Source: Cyanidioschyzon merolae (lineage: Eukaryota). Taken from it: a DNA stretch of 64,000 nt. The stretch is from the NCBI GenBank assembly GCA_000091205.1, contig AP006486.2; one strand, given 5' to 3'. The translations under genes were made by a program, and so were the position numbers. Positions 54,149 to 64,000 of the stretch are shown in pieces. Every line of letters begins with the position of its first letter. Position 1 is the first letter of the stretch. Under the pieces are notes generated by a model. That model had not been told where the DNA came from, did no database searches, and saw only the letters and a program-made list of their open reading frames with translations.

Positions 54149-55010
54149 ACCTTGTCTGCGGAAACCTGTTCGAAGCAGAAACCGGCTCGACGAATTGCTC
54201 TGTTTGCACTTTTGCGAAATCCGCGAACAATCTCGTTGGCAACCGTCGCTCAGTGCCGATGCATTTCGAGAGCGCTCTGTTGATGTACTTCCCCTAAACC
54301 TATTTCAGATTCCATTGAAACACTCAGCAGCCTATTCAGTTCATGCTTTTCGAAGTTTTTCGAAATTTGTTGCCCGATATCCAGCCTCGACAATGGTGGG
54401 ACAGCAATAAAGCTACACAGTTTCAAACGTGATTTTAGGGTTCTCAGTCGTCTTTCTGGAAAAGCTACATCTAACCAATGCCGCTGGAATTCGTTACGTC
54501 TCGGGTATCAAAATGATTCGCGATGCAATGGAGCAAGACTTCAACTTAGCCGATATCATCATCAAAATCGTACAAAGAAGGTTCCAATATTCTCCATTAC
54601 CTTTCGCGTTGTGTGGTTAAATAATGTTTCCTTCAAGTTTGTAATGTTTCTATTTCAAGGCAACTCATGAATGCAGGAATTCGCGGAGCAGAATTGAAGA
54701 TAAAAAATCTCGACGTCGCCCATTGACGGTTAATTTACAAGCTCACTCAGTATAGTCACTAAATTTGTCACGTCAGGTAATCGGTATCGTTCGAATGACA
54801 AATGCTACTCTCTATCCAGTGAAGAAATAAGATTCGACACAAGACTGGTGACTTTCACAGGGGATGATGCCAGAGACTCTCGTCTGTTATGTGTCCATAG
54901 AAATGGATCTTCGACTCGGACTTCAGTTCTCGCACAATCTACGTCCAGTGGAAAGGTACATAATCGCTTTTCAGGAGCGAAGCTTCGATGGACCGAAATT
55001 CCGCATCTTA

Positions 55011-57558
55011 TTATCAAGCCTGGGTGTTCCCTCTGTCTCTGGTACATTCACGGATAACACCGTGTTTCTCAAATGCTCTTCGGTTCGGAAAATAGCATAG
55101 AACAGAGAATGGGACATCTCACACAAAACTACTTATTCTGCTTCGATTACACCGATCGATAACGTCTTTTGAGCTTCGAAGAACAGGTTCAGTGAAGCAA
55201 ATACAGGTATCGATGACTCAGATCGTCCTCGGCACGAGCCAGTGATCGATGCCCTCGGCGACGCGCCTGAGGCCGACAGGCTCGTCGGAGCTCTTCCCGG
55301 AAAAGCCCTTGACACTGGAAAATGGCGGCTTTGCGAAGAGGCATATAGAAAAGAGACGAACAAGGTCCAAACAATAAATACATATTGCTTGTTTATCGAT
55401 GGATACACACACTCAAGCACAGCAGGTTTGCCGGGGGAACAACAGTATTACTGCAACAAAAGAATCCGGGAACGTTCCGAAAAAATGTGCGTACCGCTCA
55501 AAGAGAGCTCGCTCATTCTCCGGCGGGACGCCTTCCTGCACGGAGCTCGCCGCCTGGGCTTTCGCTCGAACGGAAAGCACTGCACATCGCTAGTCTACGA
55601 TACAGCGGTCGTTGCGGGATCCCTTGGAATGCACTTTTTCCCCGCCGGAACACAGAGGCCGCGTACGAGAATACGCGATCCTTCACAATGTGCCCGGCAC
55701 GGCGCTTAGCTCGTACTTAAGACGGTGTACCTCGAGTGCATCGGGGACCTCGAAAAAAGCATTTCGTAGTGGCACAGTCGGCACTGATGGCCATTTCTCT
55801 CCCCAGCTCCTCGCGTACACACACACACGACGCGCCACAGCCGATGCCCAGATATGCAGTTTGGCCGATGCCAAGGGCGTCGCTCGCTTCGTGTCTCATA
55901 TCCGCCAGGCCTCCAAGAAGGAGCACGTGGGCGAAGAATATGCATGGTCACGCTGGACCTAGCCGGCATTCACCTACAGGGTCGCGTGATGGAATCGATA
56001 ATGCAGAGACGAACGGGAGAGGACACAGTCACTAGGCTGTACCGCACGACAGAGCTCTTCATGACCGGCGCTTCGTCGAAGCCCATCTGCTCAGAGGATA
56101 GACAGAAAGAGATCGACCTCTGAAGAATACTCCTGGAAGGCGGAGAAGCCAGGGAGCAGATCGACCTGCCGCCAATGAGCAGCTTGCCCTCAGAAGCGAT
56201 GCTGCTTCTGCATTCGGCGTGGGGCTCAGAGCCCCTAGAGGGACCAGACCCTCGGCTTTTCCACGGGCACCGTGCTGACGCTCACATCAGCCCCGCGATG
56301 CGCGCCTGTCTCGCTTCGTTGTGGAGTGGGTGTCTCTGCGACAGATGCGAAAATGCGACTGATGGAGGACTGAAGCACCAACGAAGAGGAGGGGTTGATC
56401 AACGACATGGAGTTCATAAAGCGAAGTAGGCGCCATTTCTCCAAAGATTGAAACAATGCACGAACCGCTGGAGGAAGAAAAGCGAAAGGATTGTAAGAAT
56501 GCTTCGAAAGAAATGCAAAACATGAGGAGCAGAAGTTTCTCACAACGACGAGTGGACCTATTGGCTTCTATCAGGGCCGATGGTATAGGTATTTCGATCG
56601 CCATCAACAGCAAGCTTCCGGGACGCTTCACGAGCCCCTCTGAGCTCGACCACACCCCATGCACAGAAATGGACTACGCGTAGGAACAAAACGCAACACA
56701 GATGCGCGGCCACGCGAAGTTGCTCCGCAATACGACACCCGTCAGCCCGGACCCAGGAAGAGCAAACCCATACACCTGCGCTCCTATGAGACGTAACGAG
56801 AGGTCAGACACGCAGGTGGCAACCGACGCCAATTGGAAGGCTTAAGATCCGAAGTATCCGACTCTAACCTGAAGGCGTAGGCTCTAGGCGCACGTACATC
56901 ATGTTCTTCTCAGCGGAACCGAGCAAATGAAGGAATGGTCCGATAAGCGAGCGAGCGAGCGAGCCAGCGAAACTGATTCTAGTTACGGAAGCGTTCGCAG
57001 CATTGCGTCAAGCTCGTGGGATCTATAGGAACGATGGTCACCAGAAGGTAAGGTTCGTCGATGTCCATCACGGTCATTGGCTCGTGTTGTGGAGTATGTT
57101 GGCAGCAGACGAGGAGCGTGCCTCGAAGCGGACGGTGAGTTATCGAATCGAACGCTTTGCTCTTGCTCCTGCAGCAGTCATGGTGGTTTTCTAGGGAATC
57201 GCTTAGCAGAGGTCCGTGATCGTCGGGAGCGTCACAGCGTGCGGCAACAGGGCAGAGAGTCGGGGCAGGCCATGTATACCCTCCAAGGCCGTTTGCCGAG
57301 CGATGCAACATGAGTTCACGAGCCGCAGCGTGACGCTCGAGAAGGACGTGTGGCGGACATAAGGGAACACCTGACCGCAACCTAACATCACTGCCGCGCC
57401 GGGAGCACCGACGCTGTACACAAAGAATACGAATGCGGCGAGCGAAGCGTGGATTACAAACTTCAACTATGCTTCGGATGCCAAGAAAGCATCGGGAGGC
57501 GGCGAGATCAGGGTGTGAACGCTACCGTCAGCATCGTTTGACTGCTGACAAAGGGGCC
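55011..57558. repeat. Dispersed repeat family A, copy 2 (about 2.55 kb).
   Basis: It is about 98-99% identical to 26289..28824, with a constant offset of 28722 at the 5' end. It carries a copy-specific (GCGA/GCGAGC) microsatellite expansion at about 56941..56966, which accounts for most of its extra 12-14 nt. Confidence 0.9.
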
Positions 57559-59211
57559 AGAGGGAAAAGAGATACCGGCGCCTTTGAAACCAAAGAGAAA
57601 AGAGAGGGAACGGTCGCAGTCACCGAGTAAGCCGGCGAACCTGGTATTGATGAGAATAGAAAAAGAACCAAAACTGTGGTGTATATGCCCGTGTCAGTGG
57701 AACCGTTTCGTTGTATTTTGACGTAGGTGTAGCTCCTGTACTGGTGGTCAGCAGGCTTCGGCCAAAGCTTGACGAGTCTTTCCGATAGCATAGGAGCATT
57801 AGCGTTTCTGAGACATGCGCCGGACCTAGCGTTCAAGCTTCCGCTCTGTCTCGGTCGGCATCTGAGGCCTCGGCATGAATACATCACGTGGAAAGTTCTT
57901 CTCGGGTACCGTTGCATTTCATACATATCATGCAGTGTCAGTTCGTTATAAGCAAGCAGAGATTCCAGCCCGTGTAGTTATCACGTGCCAAGTTGAGAGA
58001 GCACTTCGGCGAGGGAGACCGAGGTAATAGGCAACGGGTAGAGCCCTCAGAAGAAAAAGTAGAGCAACGAGCATCTGCGACGATCGCGTTCACCAGCTGC
58101 ACTTTGGCGCCTACTATGCGAAGGCAATGGCGCTTGGGGTGTTCGATGAGAGAAAATCTATCTACGTTGGCATAGGGACACACGTTAGTGCAGCGTGCAC
58201 TGCATTCCTCAACGGATAGACATCCAAGGATGGAACAGGCCGAAACGTGTGGAATACTAGCTTCCGAGAGCAGATATTGCGAGGGATGCTGCAAGTGTCC
58301 GCCTCGTTCCGTCGAAGTGGACAGCAGTCTCGAACGAGACCGTAAAGCAGGTAGTCGATGAGCCCGAGCAACACGACGCTTGCACTGCCGTGGGTATCTG
58401 ACATTTGCCTATCGCTGACATGCTACAGAGTCTTCTTCGAAAGGGGCCCATCCCAGACCGCGAAGACTCGGCGCTCTAGTGGGCATTGCGCGCAACCTCG
58501 AACAGGCTCACTCGCCGCAGGACATAGGCAGACACAGAATATGGTGGTCCAGAGTTCGCGGCGCTTCGAAAACCAAAGTGGCGTCTTTACACATGCTCAG
58601 GAACGTGAGGCGCCACAAAGAACCAAATCTTCGACTTTTCATGAAAACCTGCTTTCTCGCGGACATGTTATGGCCTCAAGATAATCATGCATCAATTGTG
58701 AATCTGGATGGATGGCTTGTACGTCAACATCCTCACTTTACGCAGACGTCCTGATGTCAGACGACTTCCATCTGCAAGAATCAAATATCACAGTTTCCAA
58801 TGATTTGCTGCTAGCGCACACCATCTTTGGCCTCTGAAGGTCACGACGGTGCATATGTGCTCGAAACCTGGCGTGAAACACATTCCTGACTCTCGTTATC
58901 CGAACTCATATAAACCTCCACGCAGCGATTATCTTTTGACACCTGTAAAGTCTTGTATGTGCGACTCCCACGGGCTGCACTGGTCTCTCGCAAGGCCCCG
59001 CCCATGCGATTGCAGCAACCAGCTCAACCCGAATGGAGCCGAATGTAGAAGATGACCGCTGGATAGAGCAGGGCCCAACATGAAGAAACTCAGGCTTGTC
59101 AATGAGCTGGCGGTTCAGAGCGCGACCATACAGCATAACGGATTTCGGAAATAAAACTGGACTCAGGGTCAGCGAAACTTCCGCAGTTAACACAGCAATG
59201 GGAACGGCGCT

Positions 59212-59754
59212 TCAATGTCGTTGCCGCTGCTGCAACAAGAAGCTGCAGATCTCCCGAAGCTTCTCATGCTGAATTCCATTGCAAGCCTCAAAAAATTCGG
59301 TCAATTCCATGTTTTCTTGCGTGTTTTCGTAAGTAAGAGCCTGCAAGACCATATCAAGTTTGTCTAACTGGTGAACAAAAACGGCCGCTGGGGTATTTGC
59401 TTCCTCGTACTCGCGAAAGAGTGCGTACAGTTCGCAACCCGCTTCAGAGCCAGAGAGGACGTCGTCCCGGATTTTCCGAAAAGCCTCATCCTCGAGGACT
59501 GCCTTTTCCCGTGGCGAAATCCCACACTTTGGCGTTATGTCTCCAACGAGGGATTCCGCCAGATCATGCACCAAGGCAAGTTTCAGTACCTGAGCATCCC
59601 CGTCACCAAGCAAAAGCGCGAGCATCGCCACACCGTACGAGTGACTAGCGACTGTCTCGGGCACACACACACCCGAGCGCACCCATCCTGTTCGTTGCAG
59701 CGCCTTGAGTCGCGCGACAAGTTCGAAGAACTGAACGACCTGCGAAGGCCTCAT
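59212..59754 (-). CDS. HDDC2: HD domain-containing protein 2 (HDDC2/YfbR-like 5'-deoxynucleotidase).
   Basis: LKALQRTGWVRSGVCVPETVASHSYGVAMLALLL, LALVHDLAESLVGDITP and VHQLDKLDMVLQALTYE align with human HDDC2 (LKRVPRTGWVYRNVQRPESVSDHMYRMAVMAM, LALVHDMAECIVGDIAP, VKQLDQCEMILQASEYE). The start is the first in-frame ATG; the ORF-track start at 59760 is a TTG. Confidence 0.8.
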   Translation of the reverse strand: MRPSQVVQFFELVARLKALQRTGWVRSGVCVPETVASHSYGVAMLALLLGDGDAQVLKLALVHDLAESLVGDITPKCGISPREKAVLEDEAFRKIRDDVLSGSEAGCELYALFREYEEANTPAAVFVHQLDKLDMVLQALTYENTQENMELTEFFEACNGIQHEKLREICSFLLQQRQRH

Positions 59755-60339
59755 ATCCAACGCTATTAAGCGTTCGTGCGCTCATGCGCGCACGACCCAC
59801 GAAGCGCCGCGCTGCGAGCACAACAAGCTAGCATCGCTGCAACAATACAGCGGAAGTGCCAAGCTGTGCAAAACACCGCATGGTACCCTGTCCAAACATC
59901 CTTTCAGAAGCTGCTCGTTTTGGTTGGTCACATCATCGCCACACAGGTACCAGGGATCCTCGATTGCGCATTTGATACTAGTGCGTAGTGCAGCCTACAT
60001 CGTTGCACGCCGCACTTCCTACTTCCACGACCCATTCGTACCCTCATACGTCCTGGGTGCCGCTAGAGATCGCAGGCAGGCGCAGGTCATCGCCAACCGC
60101 TCATCATCAACGCAGCGCCTATGTGCCCGGCTACCTGACTATCTGGATACCTGGCTATCTGGATGTGTGCTTTGCAATGCGTCGCAATAGCTGCATCACG
60201 CGATTCCACAAATGGCGTGGCAGCATTGCCGCTGGCGCAGCGCGCGGCAGCTGTCTCGCGATAATGTACGGTGGGGGTTTGCAGTTGGCGCGCGCAGTTC
60301 AGCGAGCGTTTAGTGATATCTTTTGAGCAAGAGTGGCTG

Positions 60340-61413
60340 ATGACGGAGAAACATAAGGTTGCTATACTTGGATCAGGTAACTGGGGCAGCACGGTGGCGA
60401 AGATCGTGGGATCGAACGTCAAAACGAAGACAGAATCGTTTGATCCGGAGGTTCGCGTGTGGGTATACGAGGAGCTTGTCGACGGACGGAAACTTACCGA
60501 GATTATCAATAGCGATCACGAGAATGTCAAGTACCTTCCAGGTAAGAAGCTTCCAGAGAACGTGGTTGCCGTTCCGGACCCGATCGAGGCTGTCGCTGGG
60601 GCCGATATTCTCGTCTTTGTGCTGCCTCACCAGTTTGTGCGAGGCCTCTGTGCCAAGCTCCGAGGGAACGTTCGCGAGGGCGCTTTCGCAGTTTCGTTGA
60701 TTAAAGGCGTGGAGTTTGATGAAAACGGTATTGTGCTGATTAGCGACGTGATTTCGAAGGAACTTGGTGTGGAGTGTTCCGTTCTGATGGGCGCAAATAT
60801 TGCCAATGAGATAGCAGATGAGCAGTTCAGTGAGGCCACCATCGGGTACAAGAATGCCGCGCACGCGAAACTATTGCAAATCATTTTCCAGAAGCCCTAC
60901 TTTCGGATCGCAGGTGCACCAGATATCCCAGGCGTAGAGATCTGTGGGGCCCTAAAAAACGTGGTTGCTCTTGGAGCCGGTTTCTGTGATGGCCTCGGTT
61001 ACGGAAACAACACGAAGGCGGCAGTTATTCGTTTTGGACTCCTGGAAATGGTTCGTTTTGCGAAAAAGTTTTTCAAGAATGTCCAGTATACAACGTTCTT
61101 GCAGTCTAGTGGTGTGGCGGATCTCATAACGACTTGCTACGGTGGCCGAAATCGTAAATGCGCGGAGGCATTTGCGCGGGCTGGTGGCCGGAAGAGTTTC
61201 GAAGAACTGGAGGTGGAACTGCTCAATGGCCAAAAGCTCCAAGGTACGCTCACAGCGAAAGAAGTACATGAGGTACTCCAGCGCCAAAAACTTATGAAAG
61301 AGTTTCCATTTTTTGAAGTGATATATGATATCGTTTACGAAGGTAGACCGGTTGAGCAGTTCCTGCAGGAGCTGAGCGAGAAAGAGCTCTCGCTTGAAGG
61401 AAACATTGAGTGA
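60340..61413 (+). CDS. GPD1: NAD-dependent glycerol-3-phosphate dehydrogenase (cytosolic GPD1 type).
   Basis: KVAILGSGNWGSTVAKIVG, TEIINSDHENVKYLPGKKLPENVVAVPD, ADILVFVLPHQF, VSLIKGV, VLMGANIANEIADEQFSEATIG, EICGALKNVVALGAGFCDGLGYGNNTKAAVIRFGLLEM, GVADLITTCYGGRNRKCAEAFAR and ELLNGQKLQG are near-identical to human GPD1 blocks. The start is the first in-frame ATG; the ORF-track start at 60271 is a GTG. Confidence 0.9.
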   Translation: MTEKHKVAILGSGNWGSTVAKIVGSNVKTKTESFDPEVRVWVYEELVDGRKLTEIINSDHENVKYLPGKKLPENVVAVPDPIEAVAGADILVFVLPHQFVRGLCAKLRGNVREGAFAVSLIKGVEFDENGIVLISDVISKELGVECSVLMGANIANEIADEQFSEATIGYKNAAHAKLLQIIFQKPYFRIAGAPDIPGVEICGALKNVVALGAGFCDGLGYGNNTKAAVIRFGLLEMVRFAKKFFKNVQYTTFLQSSGVADLITTCYGGRNRKCAEAFARAGGRKSFEELEVELLNGQKLQGTLTAKEVHEVLQRQKLMKEFPFFEVIYDIVYEGRPVEQFLQELSEKELSLEGNIE

Positions 61414-61772
61414 AGCTGTTTCATGAATGTTCGTGTCACCGTAGTTCGCGGGCTCGTCAAGCTTAATTTTAGCTGATGCGTAAATGCTTTCGTTTATCTA
61501 TTCGGGTGTACTGAGGATATGTCTGCGGCTCTCGTGTGGCGGGGTATTCAAGCACATGCACATTCCGACACCTTTGCACAAAAGCGAAATCTCTTGAAAG
61601 ATACAGCATCAATCGCTAAGGTGCGGTGCCTAGCCTGGATTGGAAGTGTCCCTTTATACGCGCAAATAGACTCTGCGGACAATGCGCATTTGTCCGCTAT
61701 GTGCTCAAGCAGAAGCCTTTCCACACTTCCAACCTGCAAACGATGAAAGTCGGATTGGTGGGAGCATAATTA

Positions 61773-64000
61773 GAGCAGTGAATCCTGGAACAAGTGCATC
61801 AGCTCGCACTTTCCTTCTTGTTCCTTTTGTCACAAGTACTCATCAAAAGAAATGTATATTTTAGATCGGAGAAAGGTCCCGAAAACATCAGATTTCGTCA
61901 CTGCTAGCTTCCCCGGAAAACGAGCTTGCTTCTTCAAGTCTGTTATTCGTCGGCCAGCAGGCGGATACATCCCCGCCCTTCACGTATTGCTTATCCTGAA
62001 CGTTGTGCTCCCACAACAGAACTTATCAAACCCGCTGGACGCGACGGTCGCCTCGTCAATCCATTCCTCCCCATACGTTCTCGGTGAGATACCACCAAAG
62101 AAGTCACAGCATGCGCAGCTTCCCCATCGGTGATACAGGCGGAGAAAAATACGCCCGGATGCAAGAGCAAAACGAACATGCTTCTTCGGGAGACCGTCGC
62201 GCATTGCATGAAGCACCCCTCGTTTCGCACTGGAGCGCGAAGGCCTCGCACTCGACGGATGTTCGTCTCGATATCCTGAACCTTATGCCCGACAAATGGT
62301 AGACATGTGCACGGCGACTCGAGCAGGGTCAAACCGCTGTTCGTGCAGCAGAGACAAGAGAGCATGATGACAATATCGGCCCTAGCGACGGTGCTATCCT
62401 GTGGTCGCCTACGTATCGCGATTCGGACAGGATTGGTCAACGCCTTAGCCTTCGTCGAGGAACGCTTCGCGGCTTCTCCTCCACCATGTCATTCTATGCT
62501 GTTCTTCGTAGACTTCGCTTTCCGTGTCTTAGACGCTGTCAAAGAGTACGCAGGTGGAACTAGCGCTGAGCCGCCCTTCACGTCAGACTATTCTTCCTGG
62601 TTCAATGCGTCGAATGCATCTTGTCTGTTATCAGACACCATCTCTGTGCTCACTCACCTATAGACGAGTCATTCGCATCCGTAAAATTATTCTTCAACGA
62701 GTACGTCTTCGAGAACAGGTCCTGTACTTTCACTGGGCCTGAATTGCTGCGTTCCTCCTGCGCTCTTTCTGCTGGGGGAGCGCAGAGGCGCGCTCCGTGC
62801 CGCGAGCGTACTCGCCACGGAGAAGTCTGTAATGAGGCACTTGAGCAATCGTGGTTGCTTGCGTACACAGAAAAGCACGAATGTCAGCGCCGTCGTCCGC
62901 ACCGTGTGCCTGAGTCCCAGGAAAAAAGGATTTGGATTATAGCGACAACATCCACACTACTCCGCCAGCGAGACGACGGGGCGACGGAGAAAGACAGGAA
63001 AATGCCGGACAAACGGGAAGTGAATGATCCTCCCAGAAAGAGGACCAAGAAGAACCAGAAGGGAAAGCGGCCGGGGCAGACATATCAGCGAGAAACAGTT
63101 GCCGAAGCCTCTCTACGGAAACACATCAATGGGGGCAAGCCTCCAAGATGTGGGGTTCAGGACACCATTCGGGATTTCGAGGCTTCTCACTCGATGAAGT
63201 CTCGACGGGCTTCTCTCGCCGAGGCGCCCGTCGTCAAACACATGTTCGCGTGAGTGCTGGACACAGAGCTCCCCGCGCTCCAGGCTCCTCTGGATTTTGC
63301 CAAGTAAATCTTCGACCGGCAACGCAGCTGATGCTCGCGACGGTGGATGCAGCACGGCCTGATCGAAGAATCAGGGACTTGTATGAATGCCTCTGAGCGT
63401 ACGATGACTCGTCGGCGCGCCGCGTCGGCAACAGGAACGTCTACAACGCAGGTGCCACAGATGAAATGAACCACCAAAAATTCAAGTTCCTTGGCGGGTC
63501 ATTGTTGAGCACCTCACCGGGCATACCCAGTCAGCGTTGTACGCTTGTGCACTCACACCAGTGGTCCGGAGCGTGAGCACTGATGGAAGGGGTTCATAGG
63601 GGTGCCCATGGAGGCAAGTGACGAGCTGGAGGCTACGGAGGAGCGCGAGATGGCAGCGAGTTTCGAGAAGATGCCGCAGCAAGAGCGGTGGGCGCTTCAG
63701 ATCGTTCAAGCTTATGGTGCTGCTGAGGGCTATTGGACCGCCGAACGTCGTTCCTGAGTATGTTTGAAGCGCGACGCCTGCCATGCTTGCATGTTGCGCT
63801 ACTTCGGTTTCCTGAACAAAACCTCCACTGTAGAGCACCCTCCCTGGCCGAGTCCGAACTACCTGGCCTACTCAAGCGCTTCTTGGACGCGGTCCAAGCA
63901 CGCGACTTCGAGGCCCACGATATTACTGTACTGCACTGCACTGCAGTGTACTGGACTGGACTGGACTGCACTGCACTGGACTGCACTGTGCTGTGCTGTG
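61773..64000. repeat. Dispersed repeat family B, copy 2, cut by the window end inside its terminal minisatellite.
   Basis: See copy 1. The pentamer minisatellite begins at about 63921. It has far fewer NACTG units (about 13) before the CTGTG tract than copy 1 (about 38). Confidence 0.9.

Noticed and set aside
1-64000. A prokaryotic reading of the window: operons, CRISPR arrays, phage or defence islands
   Set aside because: The gene content is unmistakably eukaryotic: V-ATPase a, TERT, PEX2, AP sigma, Sey1-like, TDP2 and a mitochondrial ribosomal protein. Genes are monocistronic on alternating strands, and there are no CRISPR-like short regular repeats. The GTG/TTG starts in the ORF track are artefacts of the ORF caller.

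Overview
This window is a eukaryotic nuclear segment, not prokaryotic. GC is about 55%. Genes sit on both strands with no operon logic. Every recognisable gene is one continuous ORF, so the genome appears almost intron-free, with roughly one gene per 3 kb. I can support about 20 protein-coding genes from conserved motifs: L-galactono-1,4-lactone dehydrogenase (5' end cut by the window), V-ATPase subunit a, a cytochrome P450, TDP2, an ABHD17-like hydrolase, a Gfo/Idh/MocA oxidoreductase, a Lon-N domain protein, an RHD3/Sey1-like GTPase, an AP-complex sigma subunit, mitochondrial ribosomal protein L49/Img2, plastid-type ALA dehydratase, peroxin PEX2, a large alpha-helical unknown protein, a DUF1517-like Gly-rich protein, glyoxalase I, a frame-disrupted DUF1350-like gene, telomerase reverse transcriptase (TERT), HDDC2 and NAD-dependent glycerol-3-phosphate dehydrogenase. 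Several of these (GLDH, ALAD with a transit peptide, DUF1517, DUF1350) point to a plastid-bearing lineage. The compactness, GC content and lack of introns suggest a Cyanidiales-like unicellular red alga; this is inference only. The ORF track treats GTG/TTG as start codons, so I moved gene starts to the first in-frame ATG where homology supported it. The most unusual content is two dispersed, apparently non-coding repeat families of about 2.5 kb, each present twice at 97-99% identity: family A at 26.3 kb and 55.0 kb, family B at 49.2 kb and 61.8 kb. Family B ends in a pentamer minisatellite, (NACTG)n followed by (CTGTG)n, whose length differs between the two copies. Other points of note are an AT-rich gene desert just upstream of TERT, a frameshifted DUF1350-like gene, and lineage-specific in-frame insertions in several conserved proteins. 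I found no rRNA, CRISPR or convincing tRNA.
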